DNA of 64,000 bases from Lama guanicoe. Its lineage: Eukaryota. Under the pieces are notes generated by a model. That model searched no databases. It had not been told where the DNA came from and was given only the letters and a program-made list of their open reading frames with translations. The stretch covers positions 7,538,270 through 7,602,269 of the forward strand of contig MU054212.1 in the NCBI GenBank assembly GCA_013239625.1, written 5' to 3'. Positions 27,958-40,550 of the stretch are shown here, one piece after another. Within the stretch, counting starts at the first letter, position 1. Every line of letters starts with the position of its first letter. The position numbers were made by a program, and so were the translations under genes.

Positions 27958-28069
27958 TTTGGGGGGGGGGTAATTCGGTTTATTTATTTATTTAATAGGG
28001 TACTGGGGATTGAACCCAGGACCTCATGCTTGCTAAGCACACACTCTACCACTGAGCTCTACCCTCCCC
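27958..28069 (-). mobile_element. Vic-1-type camelid tRNA-derived SINE
   Basis: Minus strand reads GGGGAGGGTAGAGCTCAGTGGTAGAG (A box)...GGTTCAATCCCC (B box)...(TAAA)n CCGAATTAC poly-C tail, the layout of camelid Vic-1. Confidence 0.85.
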
Positions 28070-28427
28070 GCCACTACTTTTAGAAATAAGAAACTGGTAG
28101 ACTTAAAAGGACACAGATGATGGAACATCCATTTCCTCATCGAATATACCTAAAATACCATGAAATATACATAGCAAATGAAAATTAAAACATTATTATA
28201 GGGAAAAAAAAGTTATTTGCCACAGTCAAAACTGTCTTTCTTCTGAGAAAGGGCACAGAGCTACTTGGTAAGTGGATTTTCAACACTCACTGCCTCCTAC
28301 TTGAATAAATGAGATGATCTGACTTATTGAACTCTTTCCATCGGACATATTTTTATAAAAATGTGGGCTATAAATTTCCATTATGAATACAGTTACTTGA
28401 AGTCTCACTATTTGACACTGCGGCTAC

Positions 28428-28539
28428 CTTTATGATCTGTTCCATCTGGGTTTAAATGCATTCTTTTCTGGCACTCTGAGCAGCTCATTAGAAACCGTGT
28501 CACCGCTTCTCTTGGTAGGAAGGCATAGCTCTCTGATAT
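28428..28539 (-). CDS. NOL4: NOL4 coding exon 3 (112 nt, phase 0-1): ISESYAFLPREAVTRFLMSCSECQKRMHLNPDGTDHK
   Basis: Acceptor AATCATTTCAG|ATA, donor AAG|GTAGCC. Translated by hand (not in the ORF track); continues the exon 2 frame and supplies the CxxC of the zinc finger. Confidence 0.95.
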
Positions 28540-29809
28540 CTGAAATGATTCACAAAATAGAGGTGTTATTATATCAGCTGACTGGGCATGATTCAGCAGA
28601 AATGATCATTGTATTTCCAAATGAGACGTGTTATGCCATAATGGCGGGAAGCACATTGAAAGCATGCATTGCAAACCATGCATCATTTCCAGAAATATCT
28701 ATCCAACTCAATCACATGTCTCTTAGTAACTGCTAATAATGCAAGGTGGAGGAAAAAAATCAACCCCATCTGGATGGATATCTGTTTATATTTCTGCATT
28801 TCTTTTAGGAAAAAATAATCACAGGGTACAGATAGTCCCATCAGTCTTCCTTATTAAAATTTGCCAACACTGGTTTTTAAACTTATTGCTTGCACCATCA
28901 AAACTGTATCCAATTTTACATACGTTTTAAAAAATTTAGCCCCAAGGAGAAACAATAAACTTTGGATTTTTGCATTAATAAGCATTTTTTCATTATGGCT
29001 TTTCAAAATATTTTAAGTAAAAATAAAAATAATTCCAACAGAACTCATGTATATATTGACTGCAGTGAATCATCCCTTCCACAGAAAATGACACACCTGG
29101 AATGCATTTTAGCCACCTGTTTCATTTGTTATTTTTTGTCAGTTTTTCATAATTTCTGTTCACAAGTGATCACACTGATTGTCAGAGCAAGCTTTCTCAG
29201 TGCCCTCTACAGAGCTTCTATTTTCAGAACCACGATCTAGAATTATGTTAGTAATCAATATTCTTGTCAGTGACTTTTTTACATATTACCTTTTCAAAAA
29301 CCAAGGTACGTCTCTCATCAAAGCAAATAATTTCTGAAGTGAAACTGATAGATTGTTAAACACCTTTAAATAAAAGCTGACACTGACTGAGACAGCGCTG
29401 CTAAGCAGTGTGAGGCAGGGCATCCATTTTCCATCATAGCCAGCAGTGACACAGGGACATGAAATAGGAGATAAGCAGGAGGAATATGAGTTGTAAATTA
29501 GACATAAATGCCACAGACAATTCCTCGGATGCACGCATAGCTGTTATGAACACTAATGTATTCTAAGTTTGTAGAAAGGAAGGAAAATATGCAGCTTGTG
29601 TATAGCTGAGTACAAATGTGCTCCTATTCTATCAATGGTGATGGGGTCAACTTTTGCTTGTCCATGCTGGAGAGGACCACAGCATGGAGGCAACCTCACA
29701 TATTAAAATCCAACACTGTAAAGCATATTTCCCCCCTGAACTGAATATGAAAATTAGTTTGCTTCTCTTAGCCTATCTCTTTGACTCTCAGGGAAAAGAA
29801 TAGCAAAGA

Positions 29810-30200
29810 TTCAGAAAGAGAAAGAAAAATATCATATGAAATAACTCATATGTGGAATTAAAAAAGAAAAAAGGAGGACACTAATGAACTCATCTACAGA
29901 ACAGAAATGGACGTGCAGAAGTAGAAAACAATCTTATGGTTACCAAGGGAAAGGGGGTGAGAAGGAATACATTTGAGAGTTTGAGATTTGCAGATGTTAG
30001 CCACTAATATCTAAAAATAGGTAAAAAAAAAATTTCTTCTGTGTAGCACTGGAAACTATATTCAATATCCTGTAATAACCTTTAATGGAAAAGAATATGA
30101 AAAGGAATATGTGTATGCATATGCATGACTGGGACATGGTGCTGTGCACCAGCACAATGAAACTGACACACTGTAACTGACTACACTTCAATTAAAAAAA
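29810..30200 (+). mobile_element. 5'-truncated artiodactyl-type L1 3' end with TSD
   Basis: L1 3' UTR and poly(A); TSD AAAAGAATAGCAAAGA (29794-29809) / AAAAGAATAACAAAGA (30201-30216). Confidence 0.9.
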
Positions 30201-30503
30201 AAAAGAATAACAAAGAGGAGGACAAGCCACAACTAAAGTTGGCTGTGGATGATCTGCGTACAGGTATCCAAATTCCACTCTACCAGGACTGGTAGTATGA
30301 AACTCGGTCCCTATCATTTGTCAATTAAGATGTTGTCCAGATTAAACAAAAATAAACTTCCTTGTACTACACAAGGAATTAGGGTAGAAAATAAGCAAAG
30401 CGATTTGAAAGTATTCATCAAAATATTTTATATTAGTTATTGAATAAAGAAACACATCTATGCAATATAAATGTTCATTCATTCTCTCTCAGTCTCTTTC
30501 TCT

Positions 30504-30525
30504 ACACACACACACACACACACAC
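30504..30525. repeat. (CA)n microsatellite
   Basis: About 11 CA units. Confidence 0.9.
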
Positions 30526-33500
30526 TCAAACGAATTTGACTCCTACTCATCTATTTCACAGAGGGAACTAACACTTTTGCCTAATTTAGCTATCTGATTA
30601 GAGATCATTGTTTTCTGACTCTCTGAAAACCTATTTTACAGTAATTCAGAAGTGAAGTCTATGACACATGCCCACTCCTGATACTTCATATTTTAAGTCG
30701 CATGGAGTTATAATCCATTGGAACTCAGTAAAGTCATCCACAAACAGGATTTGAGAAGAATGCTCCACTGAGTTTTTTTTATAGAGGATTTCTATTAAGG
30801 CTTTTCTCTCCTTCTATAAGAGAGAAAACTTCAATTGAGAAAAATAGTCCATTGGAGGTGTTAAAGAGATGCTTCATTTGTTTCCATGGTCCTGATGCTC
30901 TCCCCAATCTGCCCTTTGCTCAACGCTAATAAAGCACTTGTATAGAAACCCCTTCTAAAGAGATTTATCATTGACCTGCCTCAATTGTATTATTTGTCCA
31001 GGCACTACTTAGCTCCAAATCAATTTGTTCTTAGAATTGTTAATCATATAACATTTCTTTCATAGTGTGATTCTGAAAAACAGGTACCTGTAATGACCTC
31101 AAATATGTTATATAAGTGGGAAGGTATGTTAGGGGTACAGGTGTGAATGAAACAATATAAAGCCCCACTTTGCACCTCAGAGAAGAGCTTTCAGCAGGTG
31201 TCTCATCACGTTGTTCTCTGTGGTGTTGCCCCGGCAGGGCTCTGGGCATGTCACTCTATGTTATGTAAGTGGGCAAGATCACTAACTTGGGGGTTCTTTT
31301 CTTGGTGTTCAGAACCCACTGGATGGGGAGACAGGCTGAGACACCCCCAGTCCCCTCAGATCTTTTCTGTCCCACCTTCTGCTCACTGAACCCAAGGATC
31401 TCTGGGTCTTAGGTACGGAGAGAAAAGATCCTCAAGAACAGCCTCTTTAAGTCTCACACTCATTCCTGAAACATTTCTCCTGCCATGGAGGTGAAGAGGG
31501 GAAATGATTTCTTTTTCCTTATCTAGAATGTTTCTTCTCCAGCCTCTCTGAAATTCAGAGTCCTGGGAGACCTTCATTAGTGAGGTTCTCAGAACATATT
31601 TAAACAGTGAGGAATGTTCTTTAAAAGTTCCAAAGTTCCAGTACATTTGAATAATCACATTTCACCATGAAAGCCATGTAATGAAATATTGTAGTTGATC
31701 TTGTCAGTGCCCATCCTTCCATAACGCCTTTCAGAGATAACCTGGGAAGTCGACATGAAGCCCCTTGAACTTGAGGCCTGGGCTAAATGCCCCTATGGCC
31801 CTTGCCCTGATGCAAGACCCTGGTGCCATGGTTGTCTAAACAGTGACAAAACTCAGGGATGTGTTCTTCTAGGCTGTCTAGTCATCGAAATCCTAACATC
31901 CTTCATGTGATAATCTGGTTTCAGAGTCTATCCTTTACTCACTATATTTTATGGCCTCTCCTGGTCATCAGTATTAAAAATGAAAGAGAGAGATTGTCTC
32001 ATCCACAAAGAATAGGAATAGTAACGTCACGGCACAGGTTAATCGTACTAAATATTTAGAATGTTTAGAATATTCCCTGGTGTGAGGGTCTTTATAGGTA
32101 CAAAATGCTCTGACCGGTTTGAGGTGACCCTTTTGGACACAAGGGCTAGTCAAGGGCTCTGTACCTTGTCTCAGGTTGCAGAGTTCCACAAAAAACACAT
32201 CAGTCAGACTGCGCAGTAACAACGCAGAGCCTCACCTGGAGGAAATTAACCAGCCATCTGCTCTGCTCCAGCAGAACTAATGGCTGAAGTGATGGCTTTG
32301 TGATAACACCATAATACTGTAACAGCCAGGAACTAAATGCAGAGGACTTCCACTTTTAAGAATATGGACAAGGAGGAGGATAAGTAGCCTGTTTCTAAAG
32401 GAAAAAGGCTTCTGACTGTTAAAAGAAATTCACCAGTAGAGGAGTTATTGCTGCTTTAAGATTTGAACCTAACTCAGGAGCTGAAATAGAGACATCCTGT
32501 GACGTGAGTAAACAACGAGCATTAGCAAAACCAAAAAGCTAGCCTCAAAAGATAGGTCAACCAAGAATCACGCTGTTTTGTCCCAACTCCACTAAGGTCT
32601 TAACAACAACAACAAAAACCCAACAGAACTAATGTTTCCAAACATCAGTAATTTGGAAAAGTACTCAGCCAGGGCTGAGTTTCATTATCAGTCACATTAT
32701 TCCACAGCTTGATGCCTTCGTATGTAGCATTACACCACTTCAGACACTGAGCTTCAGAGCAAAATAAAACTGGTCTAATGATGCTGTATTTTAAAATTAC
32801 CTTCTCCACCTTTGCTTTATAAAATGAATTTAGAGAACAGCCATACTACCTTTATTTTACTGGAAAAACAACATTAAAACTTCGGTTTTTGCCAAAGATC
32901 ATGTAGTACACTCATGGAGGAATATGCCTTTGGGGCCAAATTTTTAACATTCTCTCTTGTGAAACTCTTGAGATTATGAATAAAGAGTAAATAAGAAAAA
33001 GCCTCCTAATGAAATTTGTGTCTTGCACCCTATTTAGTAGGGTGACAGTTGACATTTCATATTGTGATATTCTCTCACAAGGCACCTGGAATGTACATAA
33101 CTGGATAATGAAGCTACAGGAAATCTTTTTTTTAAAAATGGCAAAATTAAAATGTAATTGAACAGAGTCTACAAATCCAAATGCCATTAAAGACCTCATA
33201 TGTCTTGATTCATAAAGATAACACAGTTCAGAGAGACCCCTATGTGAGGAAGGGAAGTCTTGGTTCTGGGCAATATCTACAGTTCAACAAGGGCCACTCT
33301 GCCTTTATCTGGTTTACACATTGTATATCTTTGAACACATCTGAAGAGAGAGAATTAGGAAAAAAATATATATATACATATGCACACATAAGTCATATAC
33401 ATGTAGGGCTTACAAATGCTGCAACATTTGGCCCAGATATTTTTCTAGACGTTTTACAAAATTGAAATGTCCAGCCAATGGTTTGCTCTTACATTTATAT

Positions 33501-34070
33501 GTGTTCTCATTTCATGCATGAGAAAAGATAAGCAGTGAACATCACTGTACTTCTACATAGGAGATGATTAATCGGTGGAGTCGCATATGGAGGCAGCCTT
33601 ACAAAGATGAAGACATCTTTTGCCTAAACACTTATTGAACAAATAGCTATTAAATGGATAGGCACTATAATTAACCTTGGATACTGCTAGATGTGGTTCT
33701 ATACCACTAATGTGTCTGGATATAGCACATTATTGGAATCACCTGGTAATTGTTTGGCTAATTTTGAAAAACGCTTTGATCAGGACTCAACATAAATACT
33801 CTTAGGTGAAGAGTGTGTTCATAGTAATAATCAACTAAACAAAAAGCCAGACATCTGGTCTGCCTAATCCCGTTTGTATTTACTCTGGCCCTCAACAATT
33901 TTTGCTTCAGAACACTAACTACTTACTATCTCAGAAAGACTTTGTGTTATGTTGTAGCTGTCTGACCTCTAAACATCTGGTAACCAACAAACTGAATTTC
34001 TGTACCTTAACGATGTGTCCAGTGTCAAAACTAGGATGCTACCAGATTTGCATTTTAGCCCCAAGCTCAG

Positions 34071-34089
34071 CACTGCCCCCCGGCGGCAG
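34071..34089 (-). promoter_or_regulatory. CTCF-like motif CTGCCGCCGGGGGGCAGTG
   Basis: 13/14 match to the core consensus; CpGs retained in an AT-rich intron. Confidence 0.5.
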
Positions 34090-34364
34090 ATTACGGGCAA
34101 CACTTTAGGTTGGGTTTCTGTCAATCCCTCAGTATTGCTTGTTTTGCTACATGCACTCTGGTACTGTTATCATTTAGTCCAACGCGCTATTTCCAGTTCA
34201 TATCACTATCCGTTACTCCTCTCCCTTCGTTCTTCTCTGACCATTTTCCACATTCAGTCGTCACACTCATTCATCAGCTCTTCTTGTCTTTTTAACTTAG
34301 TTGAGGGGTGTGGGAGGGGGACATTCCTGGCCCAGTCAGGAATGTCTTGAGTTGATTTTTAAAC

Positions 34365-34513
34365 AGGATTAATGTTCCTAGATAAAATACAGCAAGCACA
34401 ATTAAATGTGAGCCCAGAGAAACATGCGATGCTGGGAATAACATGTAATAAATTGTTATTTGAAATTCAAATATAATTGGGCATTCTGTATCTTTGTTAA
34501 ATCTGGCAACCTT
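34365..34513. mobile_element. MER53-like hAT MITE
   Basis: AGATAAAATACAG...TTATTTGAAATTCAAATATAATTGGGCATTCTGTAT...AAATCTGGCAACCTTA. Confidence 0.7.
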
Positions 34514-34705
34514 ACTGGGTACATTTATCTAAGATGAATGAAAATATGAGTTAAAGCCTGAAGATAAATTTAAATTTGGAACAAATTTTGTCAGGAAAAT
34601 CTAAGAATATTCTAAGAGCAGAAGTGAGAAGCAGGGTAGGTGGAAATGATTATTGGACAGTCTGCAGGCAATCTGACTCATCTGACTCACAGTAACCACT
34701 CAAAG

Positions 34706-34900
34706 CAGTGTTTCCCAACTTTTTAGACCAATAACACAGGTAGAATATATTTACATCGTAAGTTAGAACATACACACATTTCTATAAAAACTCTGATAAT
34801 ATCTATTCTCTTCTGTTTCATTTTTTAAAAGTTATCACAACCCACTAAAGTGGCTTGAAACCCCACTAATGGCTTGTGATACATAATGTGAAAAATACTG
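34706..34900. mobile_element. hAT-Charlie MITE (MER112/113-like)
   Basis: TIRs CAGTGTTTCCCAA ... TGAAAAATACTG; internal CACAACCCACTAA motif. Confidence 0.55.
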
Positions 34901-36411
34901 CTCTAAAACAGAGGAATGCACCCTCTCAGTTCAGAGATATTTGCTTTGGTGTTGAGGGAAGATGGTGGTTATGTGGTCAAGTTTAAAATGAAGGCTGCAA
35001 AATTCAAAGGAGGTCTAAAGCAGGCAGGACTATTTTTAGACAGTTCAGGTCAAATTTTAGACAGCTAAAAGCATGGGGGAAAATCTGAGGCAAATGCATC
35101 ATCAAGTGAAGGGTGAGAGGAATGAAAAGTGAACGCGGCACAGAGGCATAAGTCTGTGTCCTCCAGGGATAGGAAAATGGTACAAGTGGGAGGCAAGAGG
35201 CAAAGACAGTGAACTTGGGCAAAGGCACAGAAATCCACTGCATGATGAAAAGAAACTAGAGGAAGAAAACAAAGAAGTAACAGCATTCCAGGGCAGCATC
35301 AGATGAATCTGGCACCACATTGCTGCACATTAGTATAGATCAAGGTATAGGCAACAAGAAATGGAATGTGACTTAAGTTAATTATAACTAATTCATTTTT
35401 ATTGGAAATAGTTTTTGCTCCACTGATTATATATACACATCAAATGTAGCTGTACAGCTTCGCAGAAAAGAACTTTATTTTCTTCTGTTTTATCTTTATT
35501 CTAATGACAAACATCTTTAATTTGGAGTTGTACTTTGCAATAATTAAAAGTCATCCACTGACCAAAGGAGACAATAGCAAAAAGAGAGACAGTCAAATAA
35601 ACTGGGGGTATGTCTCCCAAATTGTGGGTGATGTTTTTGTGTCACTTCCTGTGTTAGAATATTTGGCTGTTAAGGAATAGATTGTCATAACAGAGAATTC
35701 TTGTATTAGAAGAAAAAAAATTGAGCAGATGGGCACTGCAAAAGCTGTTCTCCATACGTGTTTCCTAATAGTAAAAGCAAGAGAATCCTTAAATGTTGCA
35801 TGTAAATAAAATGACTCAGCAAAGCAAAGGTTTCTACAGTGACTTGCAGCATGAAATAGCTGTACTGAAACATACAATTATACACATGGAAGTGTGGGGA
35901 AATTGACTTCCTCCTGATGTTTCCTGAAGAGTGTATATTCTGTGATCTATCAACGTTTTTGCTGGAGCTTAGTGGAGAACAAGTTGAAGTCAGCCTTTCT
36001 GGCTAGAATTCAACGGCACGGTCAAGCTCCCCTTGGCTCCTGTTGCAACTTCTGCTGAAGTTTACCCTTACGAAGCCCTGCTAGTCAGTGGGAAGGCAGC
36101 ACTCCTTTTAAAACAGGGAGCCGAAATCACAGCTGCCACAGTCACTCAAGGCAGGCAAGATGCAGCCCTTTTAGGGGAAACGAAAGGAAAATGCAAAAAG
36201 CTAGGCTTCACCTTACCAGGGAGTGCAGTGAGTCGCACAACTCTCATATATTTGTGAAAAGTCTGTGAGATGGTCATCATGTGCCACGGATGCAGAATTC
36301 ATCGTCTGGATTCTTCAACTGCTCCACCAACGGCAAATAATGAAAACATCTTTCTGAGATGCCAAGTAAAGAACTGGCCACATGGTTTCCCTTAGAAAAT
36401 GGCTCTCAGCT

Positions 36412-36924
36412 TGTAACAGGGAAGAACAAACCTGACTCCACATTAGACCTGTTCCTTTAGCTCCTACCCTGGGCTCTGTTTCCTGTGCTTAGTCACGCTG
36501 GTTCTGCACCTTTTGTAAAAGAATGTTGCCTAGAGCCCAAAATATACAGGACAGCCCATTCTCAAGCTGACTTTCAGGGTACACTTTTCCATTCATGTAG
36601 AGATAAGAAGCTGTAGAGCAGAGAATAGCATTTGTCTTGTTTGAGGTGTATAGGGACACTGTGACCTGATGTAGGTGGAGAGCTGCAAGAACAAAGGATT
36701 CCAGCATTGAGAAGTTTGCAACAACCAAACACGGCCCTTCCCCTTTTAATGTAAAAGGAGTCTGAATTCTGACTGGGGGAAGACAGTCTTCCAGGATATT
36801 AAGTCTGCCATCTTCTCACCCTGCTGGCTTTCTGAATAAAGTCATTATTCCTTACCCCAACACCTCGTCTCCTGATTTACTGGCCTGTCAGGCAGCGAGC
36901 AGAAGGAGTTAAGACTCTATAACA
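36412..36924 (+). mobile_element. Solo LTR, ERV1 class (MER41-like artiodactyl family)
   Basis: TGTAAC...TAACA termini; near-identical 4-bp TSD AGCT/AACT; AATAAA at 36835; U5-like GGCAGCGAGCAG end. Confidence 0.8.
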
Positions 36925-37120
36925 AACTTAGGGTGTATATGGTGCTATAAAGGTGACTTCTGAAACTAGGGAGCAGGGATGCACTTTGGTTATCATGATC
37001 ACTGGGGCTTGTGTTGCTGGAACTCAACACTCAGGCTTTAAGGATAAAGCTGGGAGTTCTTGGGGCAATGCCAGCTGTCTGTCCCCAACGTCTACAGTGC
37101 CCTATTGAGAAATACCACTT
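36925..37120 (+). mobile_element. MER20-like hAT remnant, possibly interrupted by the solo LTR
   Basis: TTTGGTTATCATGATCACTGGGG...AGTGCCCTATTGAGAAATACCACT; a possible 5' TIR remnant AATGGCTCTCAGC lies left of the LTR. Confidence 0.45.
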
Positions 37121-40100
37121 CAGACTATGCAAAGAATGATGCAAGCTAATGGATACATATAGTAAAAGATACTATGTTCATGTGTTCTCCAGTGAAGAGT
37201 AAAAACACACCCAGATAGAAATTTCTTGGTCCACATTCCAAGTTCTCAGAAGCAGCACCTAGGTCACTGTATCTGTTTCTTTCTGGATGCACCTCTTTTC
37301 TGATTAGCAGGGTCAGAGGGGAGCAGAGCCATGCTCAGAAATGGTGTGGTGCACACTGAGTGGGAGAGGGCATTCCCAGGAAAATGAAGGTGGAGGAGAG
37401 GATGTGGAGCAGAATAGACAAACAGATTAAAAAAAGAGGTAAAGGCTGGTTACTTTTTACTTATCATGAAATGACGAAAACTGCCGCAGAGAAAGCTAGT
37501 GAATAATACATTGGATTCTGGGAAAGTCATGAATGAAGACATAGGGAGGTTGTTATCCATGGGCCAAGGGAGAGCACAGATGATACAAACAAAGAAACAG
37601 ATCTCTCAGTATCTAGTTAATAGAAAAAATATGCTGTTTACAGTATCGGTCACCCCACAAACAACTCCATATTTTAAAAAAAACCATGTCTCTGTCTCGC
37701 TATAATAATACCATATTTGAAGCAATTATGAGGTTAAAACCTTTACATATATTATTTCTGAGCCTCAAAACAGGCCTGCAAATAATACATGCCCAAATCC
37801 TACATATGGAACTTCCCTAATCAGGCTTTGAACCCAGTCTTGCGCTGACATCAGAGCTGATACCACCTCACACCAGCAGCCCATGTCCTATTTCACCTTC
37901 GTATTGTATTTCATCACAATTAAATACATCTATAGGTATTTATACAGGTGCACATGTGTATATGCTGTAAGAAGTTCAGGAAATTTTACTTATTACATCA
38001 TCACAGTACCGAGGAATACCTAAACCTCTGGGTCTAACAATGAATCATTAATTGTCCGGAGTACTTTTAAAAGCTGCATTGGCACATGTTCACCACAAGG
38101 GTGCACTGAAGTAGCGATTTATCAGGCTGGACCTAAAGAGTTAATATTTCTCCGAAAGGTTGATTCCCTTTCAAGGAATACAACCACTCACAATAATACA
38201 AAAATTATTAATGACAGGGTTTGTGATGGTAATCTGGTTTGGGTGAGTTCTGATGTGTTTTGATGGCCTCTACTACCAAAAAAAGCAGCTTCTGGGTATA
38301 AAGGGCTTACACAATTGCTCTGACCACTTGGGATAATTCCAACTACACCTGTATGAGAAATAAATCAAGTTTTATGAGTGGTAGTGCGCTAGTCTTCTGT
38401 TTTAGGATCGCTGTTTAATAACTCTAATTGTCACGCCACTGATTTTTTTTCTTTCTGAGACGGTTTTACACATTGGTTTTGAATATTGCTTTTAGCTATC
38501 AAAAACAATGAGCCTGTTCCTACATAAAAGTGGGTTTAATATTATGTGTCCCATGTTTAAATTTAACAGCTGTTTTCCATAGTTAGAAATCACCTTTGTA
38601 AACCCTATATATGTGGCGGGGAAGGTGGGGCAGGTATGTGGACGTGGGTGTGCATCTGATAAAATATAAACAGTGTGGAAATGTAAGTGACGTGTTTATA
38701 TCCTGCCTCAAAGATGACAGCATTATTTAATGGAGCATCAAAGTCTTCCCTGAAAAGCAAAAGGGAAGCATTCGTGTTAAATACTTTTTTGACCTTATTC
38801 AGAGCCTGCAAAATTGCAGAAATCCTGGGCACTGGTCCAGGTAAACATGAGTTGTGCGGTGCAGGGTCTTTCAGCCTCAGGCTTCAGCTCTGATCTTATT
38901 CCATTGTTTCTATTTATAGGACCATCTTTATGCTAGTCAGTTGGTAGCAAAAAGGCAAGGACTTCGCAGAGACAAGGCGAATTTACTCCTTCAACAAGTA
39001 CTTACGGAGGGTGCTCTACTCTGAGACGGTCCTTTTGCTAGCTGTGACTATACAGGGGCATAAGGAACAGACACAATTGTTTTCACATGTACTCTAGCCA
39101 TGAAAAAAGTAAAACAAACAAAAGGAACCTCACAAAAGTACATTAAAATATCCGTAATGGAGTAACTGCTTGTGCTCATAAACTCTCCAAGACGAACTAG
39201 TTATAAATATACTTTTACATCACTGACTTTCTGTGTGACAGTATCACTGGCTTCTCTGTTAAAGACCGTCTACAAAAAAAAGTTTGAATCTGGAATAAAT
39301 TTAAGGTTTATCTAGTTCTATGTGATATCCAGAACAGCTGTTTGTTTAAGCCACTCTGTTCTACCCTCTGCATAAAAAGGACAAGGACCTCTTTTTATTT
39401 AACTGCTGTATTATTTTGCCTTTTTTGGGTTAACATTAGGTCAAGGAAGATGGTTTACAGACATACAATTAATTCCATGCCCCACAGAATATTTGCTTCA
39501 ACCCTTTGCTTCAGAAACACCCTATCCGTGCCCTTAGATCTGTGGCAGGAAAAGGAACAATTCACAATTGTAAAAGGAAGTGAGCAAGGACACAAAAACA
39601 GAGCGGCTTACATTCTATCAGTGAATCATGACTACATGGTACACTTTTACCAAGAAATCTATTTAATGTTCATAATTTTAAATCTAATACTTTTTATCTA
39701 CTTCAAAACAATACTCTCTTCTTTTAGAAATATTTCACTAAAAGAAACAGTACCGTCTTCATTTGGAAGATATTTCTGAAAGGCTTGTGGGGGCCCTTCA
39801 TCCTCGTCTTGATGCCATGAGTTCTCAGTCTCTATAAGGTACGCGCTGAAGGCTGTTACGCGTGACGCCCCACTAAGATTCACACCCAAGTCAGGAAGCG
39901 CCTACACATGCTGCTGGGGATGTCAGTGGGTTCATCAATGACCTCCCTATTCTTGAGTTGAAACCAGCCAGGTTTGAGAGACAAGCAAATTTACAAAATA
40001 TCACACAAAATGTTGACTAACTGCTAGTAGCCTAATTTATTCTCTAGATTCCCCTGACCAAGGATATTTGAAGTCCATACAAAGATATGGAGGTCAATGA

Positions 40101-40523
40101 TTTAATCCAAATAAATTAAATGCTAATTGTAAGACTCAAGGCATCATGGTAGGGAAGGGGAATATACTGGGAGAGCAGGGCCTTCCTGATACTAATCACA
40201 GAACTAGAAGGATAACACCGCATTTCAACAGTGTCAGGACCAAGAAGTTTCATGATGACACTGATGTTCACGTGAGCATTTATGCTCAGAGCGAAACGGG
40301 AGGTGTGGTCATGTCTACCACACTGCAGCTTAAAATGACACTGCAACTTAAGTAGCCAGCCTTGCATAACATGGTTCAGACTCCTGCAAAATTTTTAAAC
40401 AAAAATGGAGAGCAGTAACAATCTGCTGAGACCTGAGGGTCATTTTTATGGCCTTTCTTCTTTGATTGCCACTTTAAAATCCTGGACATATGAAGTCGGA
40501 TGACCACAGATCTTTTTTGTTAC

Positions 40524-40550
40524 CATCATCGTCATCATCATCATCATCAT
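40524..40550. repeat. (CAT)n trinucleotide repeat
   Basis: About 9 units with one interruption. Confidence 0.85.

Noticed and set aside
27995..28069. tRNA-like sequence as a tRNA gene
   Set aside because: Degenerate stems and a SINE-specific tail; it is the head of the Vic-1-type SINE.
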